The position numbers were made by a program, and so were the translations under genes. A stretch of DNA of 62,165 bases, the filler included, from Anaerolineae bacterium (GTDB lineage: Bacteria; Chloroflexota; Anaerolineae; Epilineales; Epilineaceae): NCBI GenBank assembly GCA_029262755.1. It is 5 parts of 5 records of this genome, joined end to end, with 100 filler letters (N's around TTAATTAATTAA, not from the genome) between each part and the next. Parts side by side here need not be neighbours in the genome. Positions count along the whole stretch, not along the records: positions 19,451 to 34,317 come from JAJCYU010000268.1; positions 34,418 to 47,985 come from JAJCYU010000270.1; 3 more parts are not named here. The stretch is one strand, 5' to 3'. Under the pieces are notes generated by a model that was given only the letters and a program-made list of their open reading frames with translations, did not search any database and was not told the DNA's origin. This document shows, in pieces, positions 31,112 to 40,826 of this stretch (position 1 is the stretch's first letter; each line of letters starts with the position of its first letter).

Positions 31112-32793
31112 AAACCGTGCGCATTGTTTCCTACGCCATCAACGGTCGCGGCATGGGCCACTTGGTGCGACAGCTGGCCATCCTGCGTTGGGTGCGCCGC
31201 ATCCTGGCACTGCTCGATGTTCCCTGCGAAGCATGGGTGCTCACATCCTCCGAGGCGGACACGCTCGCACGGCGCGAAGGGGTGCCGGCGTTGAAGATGC
31301 CGTCGAAGGCCATGGTACGCGACGCGGGACTCGAGCCGGCGCGCTACCTGGCCATCGCCCGCCCTTGGGTGCTCAACGCCATCGCGGGGCTGCAACCGGA
31401 CATCTTGATCGTGGACACCTTTCCCGGCGGTAGCTTCGGCGAGCTTGTCGCGGCCCTGGAGCTTGCGCCGCGGCGGGTGCTCGTTGCGCGCGCCGTGCGC
31501 GACAACGTCGCCGCGGACGACGCATACCGCGCGCTCCTGCCGATGTACGACCTGGTCCTGCGGCCCGACGACGATGGCTGCGGGCCGATCCTGATTCGCG
31601 AACGCGACGAGCTGTTGCCGCGCCAAGAAGCACGCCGAGCCCTCGGCATACCGGATGACCGCCGCGCCGTCTATGTCTCACTCGGCGGAGGCGGCGATCT
31701 GGACGCATCCGGCCTCTTGCCGGACATGGTCACCCGGCTGGCCGGCGGTGGCCGGCACGTGGTCGTGGGGGCGGGTCCGCTGTACAGCGGGCGAGAAGTC
31801 CGTGGTCCCGATATCACGTGGCTCGACCGCTACGTGCCGTCCGAGTTGTTGCCCGGCATCGATGCAGCCGTCTCCGCCGCGGGCTACAACTCCTTCCACG
31901 AGCTGATGCATGCCGGCATCCCCACGGTCTTTCTGCCGCAGCCGCGGCTGTCGGACGATCAGGCGGCACGGGCTGCCAGGGCCGAGGCGGCGGGAGCAGG
32001 CTGCATTGCACGCAGCATCGACGAAGTCGCGCAGTTGCTCGAATCACCGGGCGATCCCGCTGCCGCCCGCGCGCTCGTACCCGGCGGGGGCGCGAAGGCC
32101 GCCGCGCTCGCCGTGCTCGCGGGCGTCGTTCCGACGGACGATCTCGCGCTGGCCGACCGGGCGTTTACACCGGAACTCGTGCGGCTCGTCCAAGGCCTGC
32201 CCGCGGCGGGGCGCGAAGGCAGCGGCAACGAAGAAGCTCGCTGGCGGCAGACCTTCGCCCTCCTGCGCCTGTGCGGCGATGCGCCTCGCCGGGGCGCACG
32301 ACGTCGCGCGTTGCTGGCGGAGCTTGCCGCGCAGGGCGCCCCGCTTCCGGATCGACTGAGCGCGGAGATGGGCGAAGGCCCGGAAACCGCGACCGGCCGC
32401 CTCCAGCGCATCACGACGCTCTGCGAGCAGGTGGGCGCACCGCTCGACACGTCGATCGCCCTCTTGCACGCGCTGCGGCGCAAGTTCCCTTTGGACGATT
32501 CCGACGCGTTGATCCGCGCCGCGGAACGCCTGTGGCCGGTCTGGGCGCGATTCGACGACTGGATGGGAGCGGTCTCGCTCCTGCGCGCCGTCCCGCGGCA
32601 ACGCACGCTTGAGGTGGTGGACTTCGCCGAGGGCGTGGAGCGATGGCTGGAGAACGAGGAGGACTTGTTTGAAGCGTTGCGCGCGTTCGCGCGCTCGGAA
32701 GGCGACGGCCAGCGCCCGGTAGGGGAAGTCTTGGGGATGTTGCGCGGCAACCGCGTCGTCAAAGCGACGACCGCCAAGGAGCGGACACGATGA
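31108..32793 (+). CDS. GT-B glycosyltransferase (GT28/PseG-like) with C-terminal helical extension
   Basis: NGRGMGHLVR, VSLGGGG, SAAGYNSFHE, DDQAARA. Confidence 0.82.
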   Translation: MKTVRIVSYAINGRGMGHLVRQLAILRWVRRILALLDVPCEAWVLTSSEADTLARREGVPALKMPSKAMVRDAGLEPARYLAIARPWVLNAIAGLQPDILIVDTFPGGSFGELVAALELAPRRVLVARAVRDNVAADDAYRALLPMYDLVLRPDDDGCGPILIRERDELLPRQEARRALGIPDDRRAVYVSLGGGGDLDASGLLPDMVTRLAGGGRHVVVGAGPLYSGREVRGPDITWLDRYVPSELLPGIDAAVSAAGYNSFHELMHAGIPTVFLPQPRLSDDQAARAARAEAAGAGCIARSIDEVAQLLESPGDPAAARALVPGGGAKAAALAVLAGVVPTDDLALADRAFTPELVRLVQGLPAAGREGSGNEEARWRQTFALLRLCGDAPRRGARRRALLAELAAQGAPLPDRLSAEMGEGPETATGRLQRITTLCEQVGAPLDTSIALLHALRRKFPLDDSDALIRAAERLWPVWARFDDWMGAVSLLRAVPRQRTLEVVDFAEGVERWLENEEDLFEALRAFARSEGDGQRPVGEVLGMLRGNRVVKATTAKERTR

Positions 32794-34118
32794 CCATCGA
32801 CGTCCCGCTGTCCTCGCTGCTGGCGCCGCGTCCGCGACAGAACGCGATCGCGTCGATGCCGATGTCCGCGCTTCGGCGCAACGTGATCGAGGGTCTACGG
32901 GCCGGCCGCCCGCAGATCGGCCCGCAGACAGTGCACATCGACGTCACCAATGCTTGCAACGCAGCGTGCACCACCTGCTGGGATCACTCGCCGCTCTTGA
33001 ACGTCCCGCGCTCCGGCGCGTGGAAGGGTCAGCGAATGCCGCGGCCCGTGTTTCAGGGAATCGTGGATGACCTGGTCGCGATGGGTTCGGTGCGTCACCT
33101 GATCGTGTCCGGCATGGGCGAACCGCTCGTGCATCCCGAAATCTACGCCATGCTCGCATCCGCCAAAGCGGCGGGTTGGGAGTTGACCGTGATGACCAAC
33201 CTGGTGGCGGCGGACATGGATCGTCTGGTGGATAGCGGCGTCGACCGGCTGCTCGTGGGCGTACAAGGCGTGACCCCTGCCACACACGCCGCTTTTCACC
33301 CCGGCTGGAGCGAACGCGAGTTCTTCCGCCTGTGTAACCATCTTCGCCGCGCATCGCGTGCGGGCATCGCCACACGGCACGTGCAGGTGATCAACCGTGA
33401 TCTGGCGCCGGAAGTGCCGGCCATGGTTCGCTTCGGACATCGCTTCGGCGCGGATCGGGTGAACTTCAAGCTGGCGAGCCTCAGTGCGGGCACGGAGGCC
33501 TGCATGATCACGCCCCAGCAGCGGGCTTGGCTGCTCGACGAGGGCGTGCCGGCCGCTCGCGCGCTGGCCGATGAGCTCGGCGTGACCACGACGCTCGACC
33601 TCTTCGAACGCCAGCTCCTTGCCGGCCTCGACGGCGACACGCCCGAAACGACGACCCCGATTGCCGACGTGGGCTGTTTTATGGGCTATGCCTATACACG
33701 AATCACCGTCCAAGGCGAGGTCCTCTACTGCTGCAACACCAACGTACAGGTGGGTACGTTGGCCGATGGCCCCGTCTCCCAACTGTGGTACGGCGAACGC
33801 TGGCAGGCCCTTCGCGACCGGCTCCGTGCCGGTAACTACCTGCCCGGCTGCGAACGCTGCGGCAAGTTCGAGCAAAACGTGAAGTGGAGCGCGCGCCTCC
33901 GCGAGGCAGAGGGCGCCGCGCGATGGCGTGCTGCGACCGGGCACGCGGATGTGGGGCGCGACGAGAACGAGCATGGCGCGACCGGGCTCGATCTCGCCGA
34001 GCGCACCGCACCGGGTCATGGCGTCGGGGACGACGCGGTCCATACGTTCAATACGAACGACGCAATCGACGCAATTGACGCGATCGACGCGATCGATGCG
34101 TGGGAAGCGGACGAATGA
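32790..34118 (+). CDS. Radical SAM protein with SPASM/twitch domain
   Basis: CNAACTTC, SGMGEPL, and C-terminal C.MGY....GEVLYCC...CERC. Confidence 0.92.
   Translation: MTIDVPLSSLLAPRPRQNAIASMPMSALRRNVIEGLRAGRPQIGPQTVHIDVTNACNAACTTCWDHSPLLNVPRSGAWKGQRMPRPVFQGIVDDLVAMGSVRHLIVSGMGEPLVHPEIYAMLASAKAAGWELTVMTNLVAADMDRLVDSGVDRLLVGVQGVTPATHAAFHPGWSEREFFRLCNHLRRASRAGIATRHVQVINRDLAPEVPAMVRFGHRFGADRVNFKLASLSAGTEACMITPQQRAWLLDEGVPAARALADELGVTTTLDLFERQLLAGLDGDTPETTTPIADVGCFMGYAYTRITVQGEVLYCCNTNVQVGTLADGPVSQLWYGERWQALRDRLRAGNYLPGCERCGKFEQNVKWSARLREAEGAARWRAATGHADVGRDENEHGATGLDLAERTAPGHGVGDDAVHTFNTNDAIDAIDAIDAIDAWEADE
34059..34100 (+). repeat. 9-bp tandem repeat (about 4.5 copies) encoding DAI repeats
   Basis: GACGCAATC GACGCAATT GACGCGATC GACGCGATC GATGCG. 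Confidence 0.85.
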
Positions 34119-34317
34119 TGCGCCCTACCGCCGAATGGCAGGTTGCGGGTGCTTGCAACTACGACTGCAGCTACTGCATCCAATCGCGGCGATATCGGCG
34201 CGGCCGACCGGATGCCGCGCAGGTCGAGCGCGCGCTCGTCTTCTTTGCCGGACTGCCCGGACGATGGGAGATCAAGTGCAGCGGCGGCGAGGCCTTCGCG
34301 CATCGGCTCTTCGTCGA
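34115..34317 (+). CDS. Second radical SAM protein, N-terminal part (cut by gap)
   Basis: CNYDCSYC and SGGE. ATGA overlap with the upstream gene. Confidence 0.88.
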
Positions 34318-34417
34318 NNNNNNNNNNNNNNNNNNNNNNNNNNNNNNNNNNNNNNNNNNNNTTAATTAATTAANNNNNNNNNNNNNNNNNNNNNNNNNNN
34401 NNNNNNNNNNNNNNNNN
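34318..34417. other. Artificial contig-joining spacer
   Basis: N run containing TTAATTAATTAA. Confidence 0.98.
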
Positions 34418-35542
34418 ATCGAGATCTTCCATCGAGGCCGCGTAGGACAGACGTAGGAACCCGTCACCACCGGGACCGAAGCCCGTGCCGGGCAACAACG
34501 CGACCCCGGCTTTGTCGAGCAGTGTCTCCGCCAGATCCTGCGACGACCGACCCGTAGCCGTGATGTTCGGGAAGGCATAGAAGGCCCCAGCCGGCAACGT
34601 GCAGCGGATGCCGGGTAGTCGGTTTAGCCCGTCAACCAGGTGGTCGCGCCGCGTGCGAAAGGTAGCCACCATCGCATCGACCGAGTCCTGCGGCCCGCAC
34701 AGCGCGGCGCGACCCGCCACCTGCGCGGCTGCGTTGGCGCAGCTGGTGACGTTGATCTGTTGGCGCGTGAAGCCCTCCACGAAGGATTCGGGCATCACGC
34801 CCCAGCCAAGCCGCCAGCCGGTCATCGCGTAGGTCTTGGAAAACCCGTCGAGGACAACGGTTCGGGAACGCATGCCGGGCTCGGCTGCGATGGAATGATG
34901 GGTTTCCCCGAACAGGATCCGCCCGTAGATCTCGTCGGAGAGTACGGTCACGTTCGGGTAGTCGCGCAGCACGTCTGCGACGGCGCGCAGCTCGTCCCGC
35001 GACCACACGCCGCCGGTTGGATTGGAAGGCGAGCATAAGACGAGCAGTCTCGTGCGGGGGCTGAGAGCCTCAGAGAGCGCCGTGAGATCAAGGCCGAAGC
35101 CGTTCTCCTCGCGTAGCGGCAAAGGGCGTACAACGCCGCCGGCAAAGCGCACGACCGAGGCATAGACGGGGAAACTGGGGTCCGGGATGATCGCTTCGTC
35201 CCCAGGACCGATCACCGCCATGACCGTGTAGAAGATGATCGGTTTGCCGCCCGGGGTGACGACCACTTCCGAAGGCCGCACGTCCATGCCGAGCCGCTCA
35301 CCGACATGCTCCGCGATCGTCTCGCGTAGCGGCATCCAACCGGCCGCGGGCGTGTACCGCGTATGGCCGTCGCGCAGCGCCTTGGCGCACGCATCGACGA
35401 CGTGCGCCGGCGTCGGCATGTCCGGTTGGCCGACCTCGAGGTGCACGATGCGCCTTCCGGACGCCTCCATCGCCTTGGCTCGGGCCAACGTGGCGAACGA
35501 AGCCGCGCTTGCCAAGTTGTTCATTCGATCCGCAAACATCAT
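34418..35542 (-). CDS. PLP-dependent class I/II (aspartate) aminotransferase, 3' end cut by gap
   Basis: GQPD..TP, SPSNPTG, SDEIY, GFSKTYAMTGWRLG, GAFY. Confidence 0.95.
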
Positions 35543-35718
35543 CACGATGCAGGACTCCGCGCAGGGTGGGTGCACGACGGGGGGAAAAGTTCGGCCGCCC
35601 GGACGATCTGAAACGGTTCATCGCACCCCGGCCAATCCTAGCGCAGGGTCGTGCACCCCGCTATGCCTACCGGGCATAGAAATGCTGGGGAAGGCGTGTC
35701 TCTACCACCAGCCTGGTT

Positions 35719-37623
35719 CTACTCTTCTTCGTCCGCCGGTGACGCCTCATCCGCGCGGCCCGCGATGACGTCCGGCGCCGCCGGATCGACCGTGAGCGTG
35801 CTGCCATGCTCGAAGCGCACCATGCCCTGGCCGCCCCCCTTGAGCCGTCGCACGTGCCGCACGTCCGTCACGGCTACGTCCACGCCGCGACCATCACGGG
35901 AGGCGGAGAACCATGCCGCCAACGCGGCGGCTTCCAGCAGCGTGCGTTCGGGAACCGGCCTGCCCGCCGCCTTGACCACGACATGCGCACCGGGCACACC
36001 CCGTGCGTGCAGCCATGGGTCGCCGCGGGCCGCACGTTCGAAGGTCACGCGTTCATTTTGTCTGCTGTTGCGGCCGACCAAGATGGTGAGACCGTCGCTG
36101 GAAGACAGGGCCAGCGGTTCACGCGGCGCCTTGGCCCGCGGTCCCCGCTTCTTGGGCGGGCGCGGAAGCCACCCCGAGTCCACGACCAGATCACGCACCG
36201 CATCGATCTCGGTGCGTGAGTCCGCGTGGACGAGGTCGTTTTCCCACTGCGCCAACGTAGCCAGCGCGGCTTCCGTGCGGGCCAGGCGGACCGGAACGCG
36301 GCGTGCGGCGCGCGAACGCCTTTGATAGCGGTCGTAGTAGGACTGCGCATTCTCGACCGGGCCCTTGGACGGATCCAACACGATGCGCAGTTCTTCGCCC
36401 TCCATGTCAGGCACCACCACGGATTGCGCGCCCGGCTCGACCTGCCACTGATAGGCGAGGATCAGATCTCCCTTGTCACGCAGGGTTTGTAGAGCGCGTT
36501 CGTCCACGCCCTCCAGCTGGCGTCGCATCGAGTTGCGCCGCCGCTCCATGCGCGATCGCGCCTGCTTGATCTCGCGGCGTACCGCGTCGCGCGCCGCCGT
36601 GTATCCGTCCCCGTCCCCGTCGGCCATACGCCGCGCACCGTCATAGGCCGTCAGCGCCTCGATAACGCCGGCATGGTGCTCCAGACGTGCGTTCTCGGCC
36701 GCGAGGTGCTCGATCCGATACGGCGCCCACGCAACAGCTTTCTCGCCTTCTGCGGCGTAGGCCACACAAGGCCAAAGGCCGGTGATGTCCTCCTTCGGAT
36801 CGGGCGTAGCCGTGGCTTCGCGGGAGGCTGCTACATCCGCAGGGTGCTCGCCTCGCGCTGCGTCCCCCGAAGGGGTCGCCAACGGACGCTCTTCGAGGGT
36901 CATCCCGATCAGTTCGTGAAGCGCCGCCACGACACGCGGTCCGTCCGCGGACGCGCCGGCCGCCGTAGGGATATGCTGCGCCCCAAGCCCCGCGCGGTGA
37001 CAGACTTCGCGTGCGAGCAAGGGGCCGATCCCGCGCACCTCGCCGAGCAGGGCCCGCCAGGTCGTTTTCTCCTGGGCCGCCGCGTCGGTCAGGGCGGCGC
37101 TCATCGTTGCGGCATCCAGGGACGACCACGATGCCTTCTCCGGCGCAGGGGGAGCGGCGTAGGGTTTGCCCGGCAAGAGCACACGGGCGCGAGTCATCTC
37201 GGCGGTTACGGGTCGCGCAACCGCAAGGATCCGATCCTTCTCGTCCACGAGCAGAAGGTTGGCCATCCGACCGGTCAGCTCCGCGATCAGGCGCAATCGG
37301 GATGCTGCCTCGAAGGTGACGATCAGGATCCGCTCGTCCGGCGGCGTGGTGACGTCCGTCATGCGCGCGCCGACGAGTAGGCCACGGAGGGCTTGCGCTA
37401 GCGGCGGCATTCCTCCCGCACCGCGACGTACCCGATCGCTGCTGAGCAAAACGCCTTCGCGGGCCGGTTCTGCCGTGAGGGTGAGATAGTGGCGGCGACC
37501 GGAGTAGAGCTCAAGCGTCACGCTCAAGCGATCGCCGGCGAGCACATGTTGGACGCGTGCCCCCGCCAGCCGCTGCGTCAGTTCACGCGCCAAGACGCGT
37601 GCAGCCGCAGCGTCAAGAATCAT
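35719..37623 (-). CDS. rqcH: NFACT-family ribosome quality control protein (RqcH/FbpA)
   Basis: DERI, ELTGRMANL.L, RGIGP, ENAQSYY, GRNSRQNE, WLHARGVPGAHVV. Confidence 0.9.
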   Translation of the reverse strand: MILDAAAARVLARELTQRLAGARVQHVLAGDRLSVTLELYSGRRHYLTLTAEPAREGVLLSSDRVRRGAGGMPPLAQALRGLLVGARMTDVTTPPDERILIVTFEAASRLRLIAELTGRMANLLLVDEKDRILAVARPVTAEMTRARVLLPGKPYAAPPAPEKASWSSLDAATMSAALTDAAAQEKTTWRALLGEVRGIGPLLAREVCHRAGLGAQHIPTAAGASADGPRVVAALHELIGMTLEERPLATPSGDAARGEHPADVAASREATATPDPKEDITGLWPCVAYAAEGEKAVAWAPYRIEHLAAENARLEHHAGVIEALTAYDGARRMADGDGDGYTAARDAVRREIKQARSRMERRRNSMRRQLEGVDERALQTLRDKGDLILAYQWQVEPGAQSVVVPDMEGEELRIVLDPSKGPVENAQSYYDRYQRRSRAARRVPVRLARTEAALATLAQWENDLVHADSRTEIDAVRDLVVDSGWLPRPPKKRGPRAKAPREPLALSSSDGLTILVGRNSRQNERVTFERAARGDPWLHARGVPGAHVVVKAAGRPVPERTLLEAAALAAWFSASRDGRGVDVAVTDVRHVRRLKGGGQGMVRFEHGSTLTVDPAAPDVIAGRADEASPADEEE

Positions 37624-37665
37624 GGCGCCGCGGCCGCGGTATTCGCGATAGCGATGGAGAAGCGA

Positions 37666-37860
37666 CTATGCCTTGTGAATGCTGGTCACGCGTCCATAGA
37701 TGCGGCCGTAGAGTTCCATCGCCTTATCTTCGATCTGCTCCGGATCGATAATGCGGGAGAACTCGTCCCAAACCTTGTCCAAGAGGAAGATGGAAACAGC
37801 TTGGGCCATGACGTCCGGGTTGTCCGTGTTGGGCAGCTCGAGCTTCTCTTCTTTGACCAT
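37666..37860 (-). CDS. Small hypothetical protein (64 aa)
   Basis: AAAGGG SD, protein-like composition, directly upstream of rqcH. Confidence 0.65.
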   Translation of the reverse strand: MVKEEKLELPNTDNPDVMAQAVSIFLLDKVWDEFSRIIDPEQIEDKAMELYGRIYGRVTSIHKA

Positions 37861-38000
37861 GAGGCATCCCTTTCGGTGGCGCGGTGACCGCAAATGATTG
37901 CACGGTGATTATAGCATGGCGGCGTCGACGGGCATTCGCATTTTGGGCCGGGACTCTGCTGGCGGCACAGTACGTGGGAAGGTAGAATGCCGCGCGTGAT

Positions 38001-40223
38001 GTGGACAGGAGCGATCATGACCGAGCAAAGATCATAGCCGCGCTCGAAGGTCGGCCGCTGCACGAGGCCTTGGCCTTGTTGCAGCGTCTGCAAGCCGGCG
38101 GCGGCGTACGTGAGCTCGTGGCGCTCTCGATCCGGGTCGATGACTGGTTCCCGCTCGACCAGCCGCTCGACATCCCGCGCTCGACGAAAGATGCATTCGG
38201 CGTAACCCACGGATGGCTCCTCCCGTGGCCGGCCGCGCAAGATCAGGAGACCACGCGGTGGCTGGTCAGCGACGCCCGCATGTTGGTCGTGCCTCGCTTG
38301 AATCCCTCGTCGTCCGCGCAATTGATCGAGTTGGCGGACCTGGAAGAGGAGGCGGCGCCGCTCGCGGCCGCGCTCCGTCGGTCCTTACTCGATCGCTATC
38401 TGGACACGTTGAGTCTCGCAAGCCAAACGGACCTTCTGCTTCAACGCTGCGTGGCCGAGGTACTGACCCTCGCCCGGTCCAGCGATGCGGCCACCCGCGA
38501 GCACCTCTTGAGCGCGCTGCGCGCCACGATGGCGGAGCAGCGAGCGACGTGGGGGCCGGTCGCGGTCCATCTCCGCTCCGGTTTCGAGACGGCCCTGGCG
38601 GAACGAAAGCAGAAGCTGGTCCAGCTGGGCGTGGGTGCGTTGATCGAGCTCGCAACGAAGGGTCCCTTCCCGCCGCCCGCGGCGGGAGACCCTTCGCGGA
38701 TTCTCGAGGTGCTGTTTCGGATGCCACGCGCCGAGATTTTGGCTGAGACGCTGCGCGAGGTCCGCACCCTCCCGGATTCCACATTCGCACGACTTGAATC
38801 GATCATCGCTCCCCATGCGCGCGATGCCCTGACGCATGAGGACGCAACGGTACGACGCGAGGCCGGTGAGGTCGAGCTGCGCCTGGCCGCCCTGGCTCCC
38901 GGCGCGGCCGAGGAGCCTGTCCCTGTGGCGCATGACGCAGGGGGCACGGCGGGCGGCGCAGCCGACGAACTGCAGAGCATCCTTGCGGACCTGAGTTCGG
39001 AGGCTGCGTACCGTCGGGCCCGTGCACTGCGCAACATCGGGGATCGGGCCATCATGATGCCGCCGCTGCTTCCGCGATTGCTGGACGCTCTCGATGATCC
39101 GGACGACGAGGTGCGCCGCGCCGCGCTGCGCGCGGTTCGCCCGCTGATGGCTGCGGAATCGGACGCCGTGCGCGAGCGAACCGTCACGGCGATGGTCCGG
39201 TCACGGGATGCCCAGGCGGTGCGGGCCGGACTCTCCGCATTGGGCGATCCGCCCTTCGCGGTAAAAGCATCGCTGGCGGAAGCCCTGATGTTCGAAGCGC
39301 TCGAAGGGCCCAAGGACGCTCGCGAACAGGCCGCGCTGCGCGTTGCGGGCTTGCAGGCCGACCGCGATCCTACAAACGCCGCGAGCGGCTACGGCCGTCT
39401 GCTGCGGCATCCGGACCCCGTCGTCCGCATCGTGGCGCTACGCTCCCTCGCACGCGACGCCGTAGGACGTCTGCGTCTGCGCGACGCGTTGACCCACGAT
39501 CTGATGGCCCGCCTCGAAGACCCGGAGCCTGAACTGCGCGCATCGTCGCTGCGCACCCTGGCCGCGCTTGCGCATCCGGGGGCGAGGGATATCGCGGTCC
39601 GCCAGGCTGCCGATCCCGATCCCATCGTGCGCCAGGCGGCCATGGAGGTCGTCGAGCAGATCGGCGACGAGCAGCTGCGCGAGCGAGCGGCCGTGGTGGC
39701 CAACGACGTGGGCGCATTGTTCGAGTTGGCGCATGGCGGCGACGGTGACGCCCGAATGCGCTGGGCGCGCGCGTTGTCGAATCTAGCCGAGGGCGAATTG
39801 CCCGACCTGGCAAAGCTGTTGGTGAACTTGCTCAAATCGGTTCCCGCCGGGACGAATGAACCCTTCCTGCGCTTCGCGCTGGAGGAAATCGACCGCAGGA
39901 TTCTCGACTCTGCGCACCTGGCCCCCGGCGGCCTCCCCGGCATCTGTCGGCGCCTCGTCGAAGCGCCCCATCCCCGGCCCGAGCACGCCGCGCGCCTGGC
40001 CGCGGCGGGCGCCGCGGATGACGCGCAGCTCTTCGATCTCTTGTGGACGATGGCAACCGTGGGACAGGGCGCGGCGGCGGAGGCGGCGCGACGCGGTTTG
40101 GTCAGCCTGCGTGGCCGGCGCATCGCGGAGCCGGTGCAGCAAGCAGCCAAGGCTGCCTGGCGGGGCGCAGACGGCTCGCAGCGCGACGCCTTGCGCACCT
40201 TGTTCGGCCGGCGCGCCCGCTAG
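38001..40223 (+). CDS. HEAT-repeat protein
   Basis: Repeated L.D.D..VR..A..AL motifs. TAGAAT -10 at 37983-37988. Confidence 0.85.
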   Translation: MDRSDHDRAKIIAALEGRPLHEALALLQRLQAGGGVRELVALSIRVDDWFPLDQPLDIPRSTKDAFGVTHGWLLPWPAAQDQETTRWLVSDARMLVVPRLNPSSSAQLIELADLEEEAAPLAAALRRSLLDRYLDTLSLASQTDLLLQRCVAEVLTLARSSDAATREHLLSALRATMAEQRATWGPVAVHLRSGFETALAERKQKLVQLGVGALIELATKGPFPPPAAGDPSRILEVLFRMPRAEILAETLREVRTLPDSTFARLESIIAPHARDALTHEDATVRREAGEVELRLAALAPGAAEEPVPVAHDAGGTAGGAADELQSILADLSSEAAYRRARALRNIGDRAIMMPPLLPRLLDALDDPDDEVRRAALRAVRPLMAAESDAVRERTVTAMVRSRDAQAVRAGLSALGDPPFAVKASLAEALMFEALEGPKDAREQAALRVAGLQADRDPTNAASGYGRLLRHPDPVVRIVALRSLARDAVGRLRLRDALTHDLMARLEDPEPELRASSLRTLAALAHPGARDIAVRQAADPDPIVRQAAMEVVEQIGDEQLRERAAVVANDVGALFELAHGGDGDARMRWARALSNLAEGELPDLAKLLVNLLKSVPAGTNEPFLRFALEEIDRRILDSAHLAPGGLPGICRRLVEAPHPRPEHAARLAAAGAADDAQLFDLLWTMATVGQGAAAEAARRGLVSLRGRRIAEPVQQAAKAAWRGADGSQRDALRTLFGRRAR

Positions 40224-40246
40224 GGGCCGTCCGCCCCGACCACGTC

Positions 40247-40696
40247 ATGCGAGCCCTTGTTCAGCGGGTCTCTCGCGCTTCCGTCGAGGTCGCTGGTTCC
40301 ACGATCGGCGCGATCGACGCCGGCTTGCTCGTCCTCCTCGGCGTGCGGCGGGGCGATCGCTATGCCGAAGCGGAATGGCTTGCCAACAAGGTCGTGAACC
40401 TCCGCATCTTCGCCGGCGACGACGGGCACTTCGATCGGGGGCTGGCCGACGTCGGCGGGGCCGTTCTTGTGGTCAGCCAGTTCACGCTATACGGCGACGC
40501 CCGGAAGGGCAGACGTCCCAATTTCGGTCTGGCGGCTGCACCCGATGAAGCCGAGGCGCTCTACGATCATTTCGTGGCGCACGTGGCTGAGGCGGGCTTT
40601 CACGTCGCGACGGGCAAGTTTGGCGCACAGATGGAGGTCGCGCTGGTCAACGACGGGCCCGTCACCATCATGCTGGAACGCGAAGCGTCGGGCTGA
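40247..40696 (+). CDS. dtd: D-aminoacyl-tRNA deacylase
   Basis: MRALVQRV, SQFTL, KGRRP.F, G.FGA.M.V.L.NDGPVT. Confidence 0.97.
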   Translation: MRALVQRVSRASVEVAGSTIGAIDAGLLVLLGVRRGDRYAEAEWLANKVVNLRIFAGDDGHFDRGLADVGGAVLVVSQFTLYGDARKGRRPNFGLAAAPDEAEALYDHFVAHVAEAGFHVATGKFGAQMEVALVNDGPVTIMLEREASG

Positions 40697-40826
40697 GCCC
40701 CGGATACGGGCGTAGGCGGGTGGCCAGGTCCCATACGGGCGCGTTGGAATCAAGACCGGCGACGGCTACTCGCCCGGCGCGGCTGCAAGTGCCGACGAAT
40801 TGCTACCAGTGGTGCGGGAAGACCTC

